Numbered from the stretch's first letter, positions 1 through 10,986 are shown. The stretch: DNA of 64,000 nt from a bacterium (GCA_030427125.1 JAUHXF010000001.1:116102-180101), one strand, 5' to 3'. Numbers and translations are program-made. The notes: generated by a model from the sequence alone, not told the origin.

Positions 1-31
1 ACAGGTGGTCATGGTAGGGTAAACTAGACGT

Positions 32-604
32 ATGATAGCAAGACTTTCAGGACAGGTTGTTGAACATGATGGGTCTATGGTTATTGTTGATTGTCACGGG
101 GTTGGCTATGGTGTTCTAGTACCTGTTGATGAGCAGTCAAAGTTGCCCGTTGGTACGAAAGCGGAATTGCACATAGCTGAGCATATTAAGGAAGATACAC
201 ATGACCTTTTTGGGTTTTCTGTAAAATCTCGCAAGATGTTGTTTGACTTGCTGACAAGTGTGAATGGCATTGGTCCAAAGGCTGCTATGGCGATATTGAA
301 CATAGGAACAGAGGCGCAAGTGCGTAGCGCTATTGCATCCGGTGATACGAAATTCATCTCAGCTGCAAAAGGTGTCGGTAAGAAAGTTGCTGAGCGAGCA
401 GTTGTTGATCTCAAGAATAAAGTAGGTTTAGAAGCGAGCGATTCCGCCGTAGATTTTCTCGGTGATGCAGCAACAACCGACGAGGCTGTCGAAGCGCTCA
501 TTGCTCTGGGCCATAGCGCACAGGATGCAGCCGAGCTATTGAGAGGTGTTGACCAGTTATTATCAGTAAATGAACGTATTAAACAGGCATTGAGAGCAAA
601 ATGA
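32..604 (+). CDS. ruvA: Holliday junction DNA helicase subunit RuvA
   Basis: 190 aa. The N-terminus MIARLSGQVVE... and overall layout match RuvA (OB domain plus helix-hairpin-helix). It is followed by ruvB after one intervening gene. Confidence 0.85.
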   Translation: MIARLSGQVVEHDGSMVIVDCHGVGYGVLVPVDEQSKLPVGTKAELHIAEHIKEDTHDLFGFSVKSRKMLFDLLTSVNGIGPKAAMAILNIGTEAQVRSAIASGDTKFISAAKGVGKKVAERAVVDLKNKVGLEASDSAVDFLGDAATTDEAVEALIALGHSAQDAAELLRGVDQLLSVNERIKQALRAK

Positions 605-1161
605 ATAAGCAGGCTATATTACTACATGGGACAGGCGGAAGTGATATTGATTATTTTTGGTTTGAAGATACAAAAAAGTATTTAGAATCGAAAGGCTATA
701 TAGTTTGGTGGCCTTTGCTGCCTAGTACAGAGAAGCCTAATCTTCAAGAGACAGTAGAGTTTCTTGAAAAAGAAATGCCATCTCTCGATGAAGAGTCGAT
801 TTTCATAGCTCACTCTTCAGCCTGTCCGTTAGTACTGCACCTATTAGAATCATTTGATGTACGAGTGAAGCAAGTAATTTTAGTAGCAGGCTATTATCAG
901 TCTATTTCAGATGAATCTACTTCTATGTTGCCAGAGAATGGTTTTAAATGGTTTGAGATACGGGAGAAGTCAGAGCAATTTTTCTTTATAAACTCGGACA
1001 ATGACCCCTGGAAATGTACCGATGAGCAAGCTCGTGTAGCTGCTGAGACATTACAGTCACCACTGATTGTGAACTACGGACAGGGTCATATGGGTTCGGG
1101 TGCATTTAATCAGCCGTATAGAGAATTCCCGCTACTGAAAAAACTATTGGAGGTAGGATAA
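601..1161 (+). CDS. alpha/beta-fold serine hydrolase (RBBP9/YdeN-like)
   Basis: 186 aa with a nucleophile-elbow-like AHSSA motif and later D and H residues. Its start overlaps the ruvA stop by 4 nt and its stop abuts ruvB. Confidence 0.55.
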   Translation: MNKQAILLHGTGGSDIDYFWFEDTKKYLESKGYIVWWPLLPSTEKPNLQETVEFLEKEMPSLDEESIFIAHSSACPLVLHLLESFDVRVKQVILVAGYYQSISDESTSMLPENGFKWFEIREKSEQFFFINSDNDPWKCTDEQARVAAETLQSPLIVNYGQGHMGSGAFNQPYREFPLLKKLLEVG

Positions 1162-2216
1162 TGGCAGTTGAGAGAATTGTAGACCCACAGCAGCATGATG
1201 AACCTGATGAGCAGGTGCAAGAAGAGCAGCGTATCGAAAACGTGCTTCGACCAAAGGTGTTTGATGATTATGTCGGACAAGAACGAGTCAAAAAAGTGCT
1301 AAAAGTTGGCATCGAAGCTGCCAAGAAGCGCGGTGAACCACTTGATCACATCTTGCTATATGGACCTCCGGGACTTGGTAAGACGACGCTTGCGAACATC
1401 ATCGCGAATGAGATGGGCGCGCAGATTCGCGTCACCAGCGGACCTGCAATAGATCGAGCGGCAGACTTGGCGAGTATTTTAACGAATCTTGGCGATGGAG
1501 ATGTATTGTTTATTGATGAAATCCATCGGTTAAACAGATCAGTCGAAGAAGTTTTGTACAGCGCGATGGAAGACTACGCTATCGATATCATGCTCGGTAA
1601 AGGCCCTAGTGCACGCAGCCTGCGACTGGATGTGCCGAAGTTTACGCTCATAGGTGCGACAACGAGAACCGGAGCTCTTGCAGCTCCACTGAGAGATCGA
1701 TTCGGTATGCTGCACCGACTTGAGTATTACAAGCCAGAAGAAATTGCATCAATTGTGCAGCGATCTGCAAAGCTGCTTGACTCTGAGGTGCATCCAGAAG
1801 CAGCGTCTACACTTTCAAATCGATCACGATTGACACCGAGAATAGCAAATCGTCTACTGAAGCGAGTTCGTGACTACGCTGATGTGAATGGCGATGGCAT
1901 TATTGATACAAAAATTACGACGGAGGCATTGAGGGAGCTTGAGATAGATGAGCACGGGCTTGATACTGCTGACCGCATGCTACTGAGCGCAATTATCGAT
2001 AATCACGGTGGTGGCCCGGTCGGCCTTAATACGCTCGCTGCAGTCCTAGGAGACGAAGTGAGTACCGTTGAGGATTTTTATGAGCCGTACTTGATGCAAA
2101 TAGGGTTTCTAGAACGAACTCCGCGTGGACGTAAAGCAACACCCAAAGCATACAAGCATATGGGCAAAGAATCTCCAGAAGTCTCAAAGAGTTCTTCTCA
2201 AGAAAAACTGCTATAA
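1161..2216 (+). CDS. ruvB: Holliday junction ATP-dependent DNA helicase RuvB
   Basis: Walker [15 protein letters not shown], the AAA+ sensor motifs and a RuvB C-terminal winged-helix region. Confidence 0.95.
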   Translation: MAVERIVDPQQHDEPDEQVQEEQRIENVLRPKVFDDYVGQERVKKVLKVGIEAAKKRGEPLDHILLYGPPGLGKTTLANIIANEMGAQIRVTSGPAIDRAADLASILTNLGDGDVLFIDEIHRLNRSVEEVLYSAMEDYAIDIMLGKGPSARSLRLDVPKFTLIGATTRTGALAAPLRDRFGMLHRLEYYKPEEIASIVQRSAKLLDSEVHPEAASTLSNRSRLTPRIANRLLKRVRDYADVNGDGIIDTKITTEALRELEIDEHGLDTADRMLLSAIIDNHGGGPVGLNTLAAVLGDEVSTVEDFYEPYLMQIGFLERTPRGRKATPKAYKHMGKESPEVSKSSSQEKLL

Positions 2217-2223
2217 TTAACCT

Positions 2224-2862
2224 ATGCAGAGTACCGAAAGAAACCGCATGGCTCGTGTCGATGCGGACGAAGTTAAGTTATGTGAAGTGCATAAGCATAA
2301 TTTTGGTATTGTTGCGTTGTACGCACAGATTACTCTTGGCATGATTACCGCTACACTGCTCGCTTACTTTTTGCTACCGACGCTAATCTCTAATACTGAC
2401 GATGCAATATTCTATGCAAATGTATTCGCTGCGTTTATAGTTATGATATCTTTTTCCATTATTCTGGTAGCAACATATGTGTATCGACAAAATAGATTGA
2501 TTGTAACCGATAGGAATATTACACAAGTTCTACAAAGTGGTTTATTTAGCAGAAAGACGTCGCAGTTAAATCTCTATAACGTTGAAGACGTCACGGCGAC
2601 AGAAAACGGCTTCCTATCAACGACGTTTGGGTATGGAGAGTTAATGATTGAAACTGCAGGCGAGCAGGCAAATTTTAAGTTTGCATATTGTCCGAAGCCT
2701 GACTACTATGCAAAGATTATTCTAGATGCTCGAGAGAAACTACTAGGTCAAATGAAAAAACAGTCTGCAGAAGACCGAAAACAATCAGTCAAAAAAATGG
2801 GTAAAGAAGTATTAGATAAATCAGCACTTTCGGGTGGTGAAATCTTTATGAAGACCCGCTAA
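2224..2862 (+). CDS. membrane protein with bacterial PH (bPH_2/YdbT-like) domain
   Basis: Two N-terminal hydrophobic helices followed by a segment resembling DUF304/bPH_2 (…ELMIETAGEQANFKFAYCPKPDYY…). Confidence 0.45.
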   Translation: MQSTERNRMARVDADEVKLCEVHKHNFGIVALYAQITLGMITATLLAYFLLPTLISNTDDAIFYANVFAAFIVMISFSIILVATYVYRQNRLIVTDRNITQVLQSGLFSRKTSQLNLYNVEDVTATENGFLSTTFGYGELMIETAGEQANFKFAYCPKPDYYAKIILDAREKLLGQMKKQSAEDRKQSVKKMGKEVLDKSALSGGEIFMKTR

Positions 2863-2878
2863 GGTAATCTTGTTCTGG

Positions 2879-3760
2879 TTACTGGCTTTGCTGGAAATAC
2901 AAGGCGCCGTCTTTGAAGGTTGTTCGTAGTACAAACGAGCTGCAGCCGCTTGATGTGCAGTCTATACCTCGATAGGAGTAGTCGCTATCATCGTCATTAA
3001 CCTTGGCACCTTTTGGATCCGTCGATACGAACGTATCGTTAAGAATGTCTGAATAGTATGTGTTCATGCTCTCAACAAAACTGCTTTCCGTTGGGTATAG
3101 TCTGCTTGTTGATGCTTTTGAGAAGGTATCAAGCGCTTGAGCAGTATTGTTAACCCAGTCTCGCTTCGTTGAATCAGTTTCTCCTAATTGGTAAATGCTC
3201 GAGCCAACATCAGCAGTCAAGAAAAAGCCACCGCAGCGCCCATTATCACATCGCTCTGCCGCATAGCGATAAGAACTGTTGCTTGCATTAACACTACGTC
3301 CTTCATCATCACTGGAGGGAACTCCCGCAGCGCCCAGTACTGTTATGATTTGGTTTTCAGTTGGGTAGAATTCGTTTTCACTAAAGTACGACTCTAGGGC
3401 GCTCGCGGCATCGATAACCCAGTTACTTTCTACAGTTGCATTGCTGAACGCACTACGGCGATATGTGGCAATGTTTGAGCTAATCGATACATCTTCATCT
3501 TGGCTGAGTGCGAGCAACTTTTCTTCAGTCTCAGGCTTGATATTAAGGCTTGTAACTGGAGATGGAGTGTCACCGCCAGAACTATCAATCTTCTTAGAAG
3601 TATTGCTTGTGAGTGAATTTACGCTGAATAGCGCAAAGCCAATCAATATGCCGGCTAATATGATGAGCAGAGTAAGCGAGTGATGCTCTACTGCGTTAAG
3701 AAATCCTTGGTACAGATTCTTTAGTTTTATTTGTTTAATTTTGTCTGATATTGAATTCAT
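2879..3760 (-). CDS. hypothetical secreted/membrane-anchored protein (Ser/Thr/Asn-rich, two C-terminal Cys pairs) adjacent to pilus genes
   Basis: One N-terminal TM helix, a low-complexity extracellular part, and paired cysteines near the C-terminus (CDNGRCGG…CTSSGC). No class III prepilin motif. Co-directional with the pilMNO genes. Confidence 0.4.
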   Translation of the reverse strand: MNSISDKIKQIKLKNLYQGFLNAVEHHSLTLLIILAGILIGFALFSVNSLTSNTSKKIDSSGGDTPSPVTSLNIKPETEEKLLALSQDEDVSISSNIATYRRSAFSNATVESNWVIDAASALESYFSENEFYPTENQIITVLGAAGVPSSDDEGRSVNASNSSYRYAAERCDNGRCGGFFLTADVGSSIYQLGETDSTKRDWVNNTAQALDTFSKASTSRLYPTESSFVESMNTYYSDILNDTFVSTDPKGAKVNDDDSDYSYRGIDCTSSGCSSFVLRTTFKDGALYFQQSQ

Positions 3761-3762
3761 AA

Positions 3763-4329
3763 TTATGGCTTTATGTACGTTACGATTGCTAAAGAGACAG
3801 AGAATTGATCACCGTCATTGGGGCTAATTGATAAGCTTTGAATTTCAAATTGTCGCTTATTGTTCTCTAGGTCTTCGAGGAACTGCAGAACATTTTCATA
3901 GTCGGTCTCTATCGCAGTGCTTAGGCGTAAACTAAATACTCCCGGAAGACCATCTACTTTTTCTGTTTGTGACGTTTCTGGGTCAGATGAAGACTGAGCA
4001 CCAGCAAATGAAATAGTTGCGAGTTGTAGCCCTCTGCCTGCTGCTAGATCGATCAATTCACCAACAATATTTTCTTGGGATTTAGAATCTGGCAATATGT
4101 CTTCAGTGACTTGCACGAGCTCTGCATTCTCCTCCAACTCTTCTCGTAACTGTATTGCTGCTTCGGTTTTAGTGTCAAGCTCTTGAACCTGCGTGCGTTT
4201 TTCATCAATAGTCTGTGACCTGTTATCTAGTTGAGATTTAGACCAATATAGGGTGAATATTACAGCTATAGAGACAAGGGCCAGTGCACCCAGTAGGCCA
4301 AAGAAGCTTGTTTTTGGTGTGAGCTTCAT
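3763..4329 (-). CDS. pilO: type IV pilus assembly protein PilO-like
   Basis: N-terminal TM helix, a coiled-coil, then a PilO-like C-terminal fold. Immediately downstream of pilN, with an overlapping start/stop. Confidence 0.55.
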   Translation of the reverse strand: MKLTPKTSFFGLLGALALVSIAVIFTLYWSKSQLDNRSQTIDEKRTQVQELDTKTEAAIQLREELEENAELVQVTEDILPDSKSQENIVGELIDLAAGRGLQLATISFAGAQSSSDPETSQTEKVDGLPGVFSLRLSTAIETDYENVLQFLEDLENNKRQFEIQSLSISPNDGDQFSVSLAIVTYIKP

Positions 4330-4985
4330 TAGTTTTGCCCTCCTTGGCCATCAGAGTCGGCAGCTTGTCCTGCTGCCTCTGCTGCTGCCTGGGCTGCTGC
4401 TGCTCGAGCAGCCTTCTCTTGCGCAATCTTCTCAGCACTTCCAGTGAGGCTTGCTTGGATTGAAACAGAATAACGGATAGGGTTTCCTGTGTCGCCACCA
4501 CCTGTTTGATTAACAGACTGAATGTCTGCTGTCTCAAAGACACCTGAGTCCACAAGGTTACGCCGGAGCGTACCAGCTAATTCTTGTGTGCTAGTTGTTG
4601 CGCTGATTTGAAGCGGTGCCGTGCTGGTGCCTGTAAGAGATAGACCTGTTAGCTCAGCGCCGACTGGGATTGAGCTTGCTATCTCAACCAATAGTTGTGA
4701 GAACTTAACTTCACGATCGAAAAGCTTCTCAATCGTCGACACATTTGATCTAAAGCTGTTTGCTTGGTTCTCGTATGCTTGGACATTGCCGTAGATAGCT
4801 TCTTTTTGCTCTATTGATTCGTCGAGAAAAGCTTCGTCATCTGCTGTTATCTGCAGTCCGGACAGCATCACGGCACTTGCAAGTACGCCGATGGCGACTA
4901 TTCCGACAAGTAACTTAACAAGCAATACATTGAGGCGACCATAACGTCGTTTTTTTTGAATTGCAGGAGGGAGCAGATTAATCAT
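4329..4985 (-). CDS. pilN: type IV pilus assembly protein PilN-like
   Basis: The N-terminus MINLLPP…RR plus a single TM is typical of PilN. It sits between pilM and pilO. Confidence 0.6.
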   Translation of the reverse strand: MINLLPPAIQKKRRYGRLNVLLVKLLVGIVAIGVLASAVMLSGLQITADDEAFLDESIEQKEAIYGNVQAYENQANSFRSNVSTIEKLFDREVKFSQLLVEIASSIPVGAELTGLSLTGTSTAPLQISATTSTQELAGTLRRNLVDSGVFETADIQSVNQTGGGDTGNPIRYSVSIQASLTGSAEKIAQEKAARAAAAQAAAEAAGQAADSDGQGGQN

Positions 4986-6046
4986 AGTTTTCCAAGCTCC
5001 CGGTAATCAACCATGCCGAGGCCGCTAGCAGTGGTGTATAGCGTGCTTTCGAGCTCATGCGGTGGCTGCAGACGCCCAAAAGAAACATTCTCCCATGGTG
5101 CGCACAAACGTGTCGGTATTCGGGTTCGATCTGTGAGGTACGTGCTTAGGCCAGGGAGGTTTGCGCCACCGCCTAGAATAATAATCTGGCCGATTGGATC
5201 GCCTTTGCTCTCACGATCGCTGAAGTAACGAAGCACCTTTCTTATTTCATTCACCAGTTTTTTAAGTTCTGGTTCAACTGCTGCAGTTATTTCTTTTTGC
5301 TTCTTGCTGAGCTCTAGCCCATAACGAGTTTTAATGTTTTGTGCTTTTTCTTTACTGACGTTTAGAGATGATGCGATATTCTCGGTTATGCGCTCGCTTG
5401 AACAGTCAACGGTACCTGTCGCGCGGACGGCTGACCCGTCATAGATAGTGATGTCGCAGGCAGTAGATCCAACATCAACAATAAGCGTTGACACGTCATG
5501 AGCTTCAGCATGTGCGACCAGGCGCGTCACAGCTGCAATATTAGGCTCAACAATCGCTGCTTCGAGTCCAAGAGCGTTGAACACCTCGATATATGAATCA
5601 ACGATAGAACAGGGGCTTGCAACCACCTGGACTTCACGGCTGCCATCCTCGAGTTCGTGAATAACAGAATAGTCGAAATACAGCTCATCCATTGGCATTG
5701 GGATTGATTGATCGACCTCGGCTTGAACAGCGCTCGCCAGATCTTTTTCGCTCATCTGTGGTAGTGTCAGCACTCGACTGAAACTGTGGGAGTTTGGCAA
5801 GCTGACGGCAACTCGATTAGTTGAAATATTGCCGATGAGTTTCTTCTCGAGAAGTTCGTGAGCTGCCTTGACGATAATTTCGTGATCAACAACCACGCCA
5901 TCCTTGATAGCGACAGGATCGAATGTTGTGGAGCCGTAGGCTTTGACAAGTGGTTGCTTGCCAGCCATATCTATCTCCATAACCTTAATAGAGCTCCTCC
6001 CGATGTCGAAGCCGAATACTGGTTTGTCTTTATAAAAAATGCCCAC
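4982..6046 (-). CDS. pilM: type IV pilus assembly protein PilM (actin-like ATPase fold)
   Basis: 354 aa. The FGFDIGRSSIKV start and an FtsA/actin-like fold are characteristic of PilM. Confidence 0.8.
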   Translation of the reverse strand: MGIFYKDKPVFGFDIGRSSIKVMEIDMAGKQPLVKAYGSTTFDPVAIKDGVVVDHEIIVKAAHELLEKKLIGNISTNRVAVSLPNSHSFSRVLTLPQMSEKDLASAVQAEVDQSIPMPMDELYFDYSVIHELEDGSREVQVVASPCSIVDSYIEVFNALGLEAAIVEPNIAAVTRLVAHAEAHDVSTLIVDVGSTACDITIYDGSAVRATGTVDCSSERITENIASSLNVSKEKAQNIKTRYGLELSKKQKEITAAVEPELKKLVNEIRKVLRYFSDRESKGDPIGQIIILGGGANLPGLSTYLTDRTRIPTRLCAPWENVSFGRLQPPHELESTLYTTASGLGMVDYRELGKL

Positions 6047-6187
6047 TTTTTCTGTGCTACCTTAGTCTTTGGTTTTTTAGGAACTACTTATGCTTGTAGT
6101 ATAGCATCCATAACGGATTGAACACCAATTAGAACATAAAAAAACACCCTAGCGTAAGCCAAGGTGTTTTTGATGTAGCTATAACGA

Positions 6188-6679
6188 TTAGTTCAAGCTG
6201 TTCTTGATGATATCGTTTGCTTCGTCAGTCTCCTGATATCCTGCGAGGATGTACTTCTCACATGGAGCTGTGTTGTCACAACCTGAGCTGTAGAAGTGCA
6301 AAATGTACTCTGTATCAGTGTCTGGGTTAGGTACTGTTGGAGTACCGCCTCCTGCGATGTCTACGTCTTCGTAGGTAACAGAAACGTCGTCACCATCTTC
6401 GTCAACGAGTGCAGTTGGGTCGATACCAGGGAATGTTGTCTGTGCTTGTGCTGAAGTCACAGCTGTTCCGACTGGATAGCCACTGTTGTTGTTGTAGTAT
6501 TCCTCCAGCTTAGAGAACATACTGTTAATGTCGCTGCTTCGTACTGTGTCACGACCACGTGCTTGTGCACCTTGGAAGTTAGTTAGTACGAGTGTAGCCA
6601 AAATACCGATGATAGCAATCACGATTAGGAGCTCGATGATTGTAAAACCAGCTTGTACTTTACTTTTTAGTTGGAGCAT
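6188..6679 (-). CDS. pilA: type IV pilin (major pilin candidate)
   Basis: Class III signal peptide with the G|FTIIELLIVIAIIGILA prepilin cleavage/methylation motif. 163 aa. Confidence 0.85.
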   Translation of the reverse strand: MLQLKSKVQAGFTIIELLIVIAIIGILATLVLTNFQGAQARGRDTVRSSDINSMFSKLEEYYNNNSGYPVGTAVTSAQAQTTFPGIDPTALVDEDGDDVSVTYEDVDIAGGGTPTVPNPDTDTEYILHFYSSGCDNTAPCEKYILAGYQETDEANDIIKNSLN

Positions 6680-6780
6680 TGGAGCCCACCTCCTATGTTA
6701 TTTATATGAAGTAAACTCTCTATCGAAAGAGCTTATGGTTACAAGTATCTTACGAGAGGCTTCTGTAGTCAAGCGTTTTT

Positions 6781-7998
6781 TTAGATGTTTTGTGACAAGC
6801 TACTGATTGGACCAAGGACGCTGGAAGCAATAACGCCGACCATGACGCCCATGACCACAATCATGAGGGGTTCGAGTATGGAGCTCAGGCTTTCTGCTGC
6901 AGCATCAACTTCTTCCTCGTAGAAGTCGGCAACTTTAACGAGGACCGTGTCTGTTTGGCCGGTTTCTTCACCTATTGAAAGCATCTGCGACACGATTGGC
7001 GGAAAAATCTCACTTTTAGATAGTGGCTCAGAAAATTGCGCACCATTTGCTACTTGTTTAGCGGCCTCTAGTAGTTCTTTTTCAATGACGGTATTACCAA
7101 TCGCTTTTGCTGTTATTTCTATTGAATCAAGTACGCTCACGCCAGCTGTCATGAGACTTGCGAATATTCGTGAAAAGCGGGCTACGGCCATCTTAATAAT
7201 AATAGTTTTTATGCCAGGAATTCGTAGAAGTACACGATCCCTCACCTCTCTGCCGCGCTTAGTGCGCAAGAATTTTATGAGATAAAAGCCGCCACCAACC
7301 ACAATACCGATCTCTAACCACCAATAGGTCGTCATGAATTCACTGACACTAAGAAGCACCTTTGTCATGGTTGGGAGTTCTCCACCAGACAGATCACCAA
7401 CAATCGTTCCAATTTGCGGTACAACGAACGTCATGAGCGAAATGAAGACGACTATGGTAATGCCGACAAGTACAGCTGGGTAGGTCATCGCGCTTTTGAA
7501 TTTGCCACGTAGTGTCGCGTCTTTTTCTTGCTGCATGGCGAGTTTTTTAAGAATTTCATCTAATATACCACCCGCCTCACCAGCTCGAACCATGTTGATA
7601 TAGATTGGCCCAAAAGCATCCGGGTGTTTTTCTAGGGCGTCGGCAAACGCGGTACCGCTCTCGACGTCTTTGCTGATTTCCGCGAGATGCTTCTGTAGGG
7701 CCTCACTTTCAGTCTGGCTCTGCATAGTTGCGAGTGAGCGCACGAGAGGAACTCCAGCGTTAATCATCGTTGCAAGCTGTCTTGTAAATATGACGATGTC
7801 TTTGCTTTTAACTTTCTTACTAGTTAAGAAGCTAATTTCCATATTCATGCCTTTTCTCTTCTCAGCCTTTTTGATAACGAGTGGCTTGAGTTTGAGGCGG
7901 ACAATCGCGCTGCGAGCAGCTGATTCATTGGCTGCTTCTATAGTGCCTGTGTGCTGTTTTCCGTCATCGCCCGTGGCGGTGTAGCTAAATTTTGCCAT
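6781..7998 (-). CDS. pilC: type IV pilus inner-membrane platform protein PilC (GspF family)
   Basis: 405 aa with duplicated GspF domains and three TM segments. Confidence 0.85.
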   Translation of the reverse strand: MAKFSYTATGDDGKQHTGTIEAANESAARSAIVRLKLKPLVIKKAEKRKGMNMEISFLTSKKVKSKDIVIFTRQLATMINAGVPLVRSLATMQSQTESEALQKHLAEISKDVESGTAFADALEKHPDAFGPIYINMVRAGEAGGILDEILKKLAMQQEKDATLRGKFKSAMTYPAVLVGITIVVFISLMTFVVPQIGTIVGDLSGGELPTMTKVLLSVSEFMTTYWWLEIGIVVGGGFYLIKFLRTKRGREVRDRVLLRIPGIKTIIIKMAVARFSRIFASLMTAGVSVLDSIEITAKAIGNTVIEKELLEAAKQVANGAQFSEPLSKSEIFPPIVSQMLSIGEETGQTDTVLVKVADFYEEEVDAAAESLSSILEPLMIVVMGVMVGVIASSVLGPISSLSQNI

Positions 7999-7999
7999 A

Positions 8000-9763
8000 T
8001 TACTCTCGTGTCACCCTGAGGATTTCTTCTATAGATGTCATACCGATCATTGCCTTAATGAGGCCGTCAAGCTGCATCGTCACCATACCTTCTTTTATGG
8101 CTTGCGATTGAATTTCATCTGAGGTCGCATTGCTGACAATCATTTTTTGGATCTCTTCTTCGTTACTGAGCACCTCATAAATACCCATTCGTCCTTTGTA
8201 GCCAGTTTTTGTTTCCGGCAGATCGGCTTTTGGACGCCATAAGGTCAGTTTTGTTGTTTTTGGCTTGCCGAAGTGATCTTGGGCTGCATTGACTAATGAG
8301 AAGATGCTATCCCAATCGGCTTTGGTTTTTATGCCAAACACTCGTTCGATTTCTTTTTTCTCTTTATCGTTCGGCGTGTACTCTTCGCAGTCTTCTGGCT
8401 GTAATCGACGCACAAGACGCTGACCAATGACGACTCGGACAACACTCGCGATAAGAAATGGTTCAATGTTCATGTCTAGCAGACGAGGCAGGCAGGTTGC
8501 AGCGTTATTCGTGTGTAGCGTAGAGAATACGAGGTGACCGGTCAACGCTGCTTGTACAGCCAAGCCGGCAGTTTCACCATCACGAACCTCACCAACCATG
8601 ATGATATTCGGGTCCTGGCGAAGCAAGGCACGCAAGCCTGCAACAAAGGTCATGCCTGCAACTGGGTTTACTTGTGTTTGATTAACACCTTCGAGCTTAT
8701 ACTCGACTGGGTCTTCTATGGTTGATATGTTTACATCTGGCTTATTGAGTATATGCAAAACAGAGTGCAGGGTAGTGGATTTACCTGAGCCGGTAGGCCC
8801 CGTGACGAGTATCATGCCGTGTGGCTGTCTAGAGGCGCGGTTTATATCGTCTAGAGCCTTGCCCCAAAAGCCGAGTGTCTCGAGAGACAACGGTTCACTC
8901 GATTCGTCTAATACACGCATAACGACTTTTTCACCTTCAGTAATTGGTAGTGTGGACACACGGAAGGCAAACACGCGGCCGTTCATGTTGATTTTAAATC
9001 TACCATCCTGCGGGGCGCGTCGTTCATCGATTTTAAGATTTGAGAGAATTTTTATGCGTGATACAAGTGCGGCTAGGGTCTTTTTCGGTAAACGGTTTGC
9101 TTCGCGCAAGACACCGTCGACGCGATAGCGGATCAGTACTTCTCTGTCGCGTGGCTCAATGTGAATATCACTGGCACCAGACTTGATAGCGTACTCAACG
9201 ACGAGATTTACTGTTTGAGCGATAGGGGAGTCTTCAGCGATATCTTCTTCAGAGACTTCTTCATCGACCTCTTCTTCGTCTTCATCACCAGTAACAATCT
9301 TTGAAATCTCACTGCCGATATTGCCACGGTATTGATCGAGGGCAGATAGGATATTGAAGTGCGTTGCAATGTACACCGTAATTTTCTGGCCGAATAGCTT
9401 GTGTAATACGTCTACTGCCTGTAAATCGTCAGGGTCTTCCATGGCGACTGATTTCGGCGTGTCTTTATCGTCAGGTGCGCCAGCAAAAACCACCATGTTG
9501 TACAGCTTGGCAATATGTTCAGGAATTTGCTTCAGAACTGCTTTATCGAGTTCTTTTGGATTGATCTCAACATATTCAACGCCAATCTCATCTGCATATG
9601 CTTTTATCAGTTCTGAATCACTAAGGATATTTTGCTTAGCAACTAACTCTTGCAGGTCAGTTTTTTCTGTCTTTGCCTGTTCAACAAGCTCTTCAATCTG
9701 CTCCTTGTTCAGGTCGCCAGCTGACTCGAGTATTTTTAGGATTGTTTCTTCTGCAATGCGCAT
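8000..9763 (-). CDS. pilB: type IV pilus assembly ATPase PilB (GspE family)
   Basis: Walker A VTGPTGSGKSTT, Asp/His boxes and an N-terminal GSPII-like domain. 587 aa. Confidence 0.9.
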   Translation of the reverse strand: MRIAEETILKILESAGDLNKEQIEELVEQAKTEKTDLQELVAKQNILSDSELIKAYADEIGVEYVEINPKELDKAVLKQIPEHIAKLYNMVVFAGAPDDKDTPKSVAMEDPDDLQAVDVLHKLFGQKITVYIATHFNILSALDQYRGNIGSEISKIVTGDEDEEEVDEEVSEEDIAEDSPIAQTVNLVVEYAIKSGASDIHIEPRDREVLIRYRVDGVLREANRLPKKTLAALVSRIKILSNLKIDERRAPQDGRFKINMNGRVFAFRVSTLPITEGEKVVMRVLDESSEPLSLETLGFWGKALDDINRASRQPHGMILVTGPTGSGKSTTLHSVLHILNKPDVNISTIEDPVEYKLEGVNQTQVNPVAGMTFVAGLRALLRQDPNIIMVGEVRDGETAGLAVQAALTGHLVFSTLHTNNAATCLPRLLDMNIEPFLIASVVRVVIGQRLVRRLQPEDCEEYTPNDKEKKEIERVFGIKTKADWDSIFSLVNAAQDHFGKPKTTKLTLWRPKADLPETKTGYKGRMGIYEVLSNEEEIQKMIVSNATSDEIQSQAIKEGMVTMQLDGLIKAMIGMTSIEEILRVTRE

Positions 9764-9955
9764 GTTTACTGATCGGTGCCCACTTGTTTTTATCTATCGT
9801 TCATTTTATCACGCTTATGACTAGGGCTCTAGAAAAGGTTTAGCATATTAATACTTAACAAGTTGTGAAAACATTAATGAGACTTGTGTATATTAGTGAT
9901 ATAAACATAAACAAATTCATAATTAACGTGTAAAGAACACACAAGGAGGGTTTCC

Positions 9956-10984
9956 ATGGCAAAGAAAGAAGCAAAGAAAATGGGTGAAAAAGCCGGCGAC
10001 GAAGCTGGTAAGGCAAAGGCACTAAACTTGGCGATGGACCAAATTGAAAAACAGTTTGGTAAGGGGTCTATCATGCATCTCGAGGGCGATAATAAGATTG
10101 ATGTAGAGACAATTCCAACAGGTAGTGTATCACTCGACCTTGCTCTTGGTGGCGGTATTCCAAAAGGCCGAATTATTGAGATATACGGCCCAGAAAGTTC
10201 AGGAAAAACGACACTAACGCTACATGCCGTCGCAGAGGTACAAAGATCAGGTGGAACAGCGGCATTTATTGATGCTGAGCATGCACTCGATCCAGCATAC
10301 GCGAAACGACTTGGTGTCGACATCGAGAAGCTACTTGTGTCACAGCCAGATAGTGGCGAGCAGTCGCTTGAAATCGTAGAAACGCTTGTTCGATCAAATG
10401 CGGTAGATCTCGTGGTTGTTGATTCTGTGGCTGCTCTCGTGCCGCAGGCAGAAATAGAAGGCGATATGGGTGATTCACACATGGGCTTACAGGCGAGGCT
10501 CATGAGTCAAGCGCTTCGAAAACTCACAAGTATCATCAGTCGCAGCAAATGTACAGTTGTGTTCATTAACCAGCTGCGCATGAAAATTGGTGTTATGTTC
10601 GGTAACCCAGAGACAACAACTGGCGGAAATGCATTGAAGTTCTACGCTAGTGTTCGTATGGATATTCGGCGTACATCGCAAATCAAGGTTGGCGAAGATG
10701 TAATCGGTAACCGGGTGCGAGTAAAGGTGGTGAAGAATAAAATTGCACCGCCATTCCGCCAGGCTGAGTTTGACATTATGTACAACCAAGGAATCAGTAC
10801 GGAAGGCGATATCTTAGACCTCGCGACAGAACGCGGTATTGTTGAAAAGGCCGGTGCGTGGTTCAGCTATGGTGGCGAAAACGTGGCGCAAGGTCGCGAA
10901 GCAGCAAAGCAATATCTCAAAGACAATCCAAAGGTCTTGAAAGAAATTGATAAAAAAGTTCGTGCAGCTTCAAGCGAGGAGTAG
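9956..10984 (+). CDS. recA: recombinase RecA
   Basis: [10 protein letters not shown]-loop and the L1/L2 loops. It is preceded by a GGAGGG ribosome-binding site. It carries an extra Lys-rich N-terminal extension of about 20 aa. Confidence 0.95.
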   Translation: MAKKEAKKMGEKAGDEAGKAKALNLAMDQIEKQFGKGSIMHLEGDNKIDVETIPTGSVSLDLALGGGIPKGRIIEIYGPESSGKTTLTLHAVAEVQRSGGTAAFIDAEHALDPAYAKRLGVDIEKLLVSQPDSGEQSLEIVETLVRSNAVDLVVVDSVAALVPQAEIEGDMGDSHMGLQARLMSQALRKLTSIISRSKCTVVFINQLRMKIGVMFGNPETTTGGNALKFYASVRMDIRRTSQIKVGEDVIGNRVRVKVVKNKIAPPFRQAEFDIMYNQGISTEGDILDLATERGIVEKAGAWFSYGGENVAQGREAAKQYLKDNPKVLKEIDKKVRAASSEE

Positions 10985-10986
10985 AA

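Noticed and set aside
8534-9824. Plus-strand ORFs inside pilB (8534..8725, 8718..9128, 9354..9824) and the minus-strand ORF 9874..10503 inside recA
   Set aside because: They are antisense to strongly supported genes (PilB Walker motifs, RecA). They are treated as spurious.
9764-9955. LexA/Cheo-type SOS box upstream of recA
   Set aside because: GAAC and GTTC half-sites occur (…CGTTCAT…, …AAGAACAC…) but not as a GAAC-N4-GTTC palindrome. There is no credible site.
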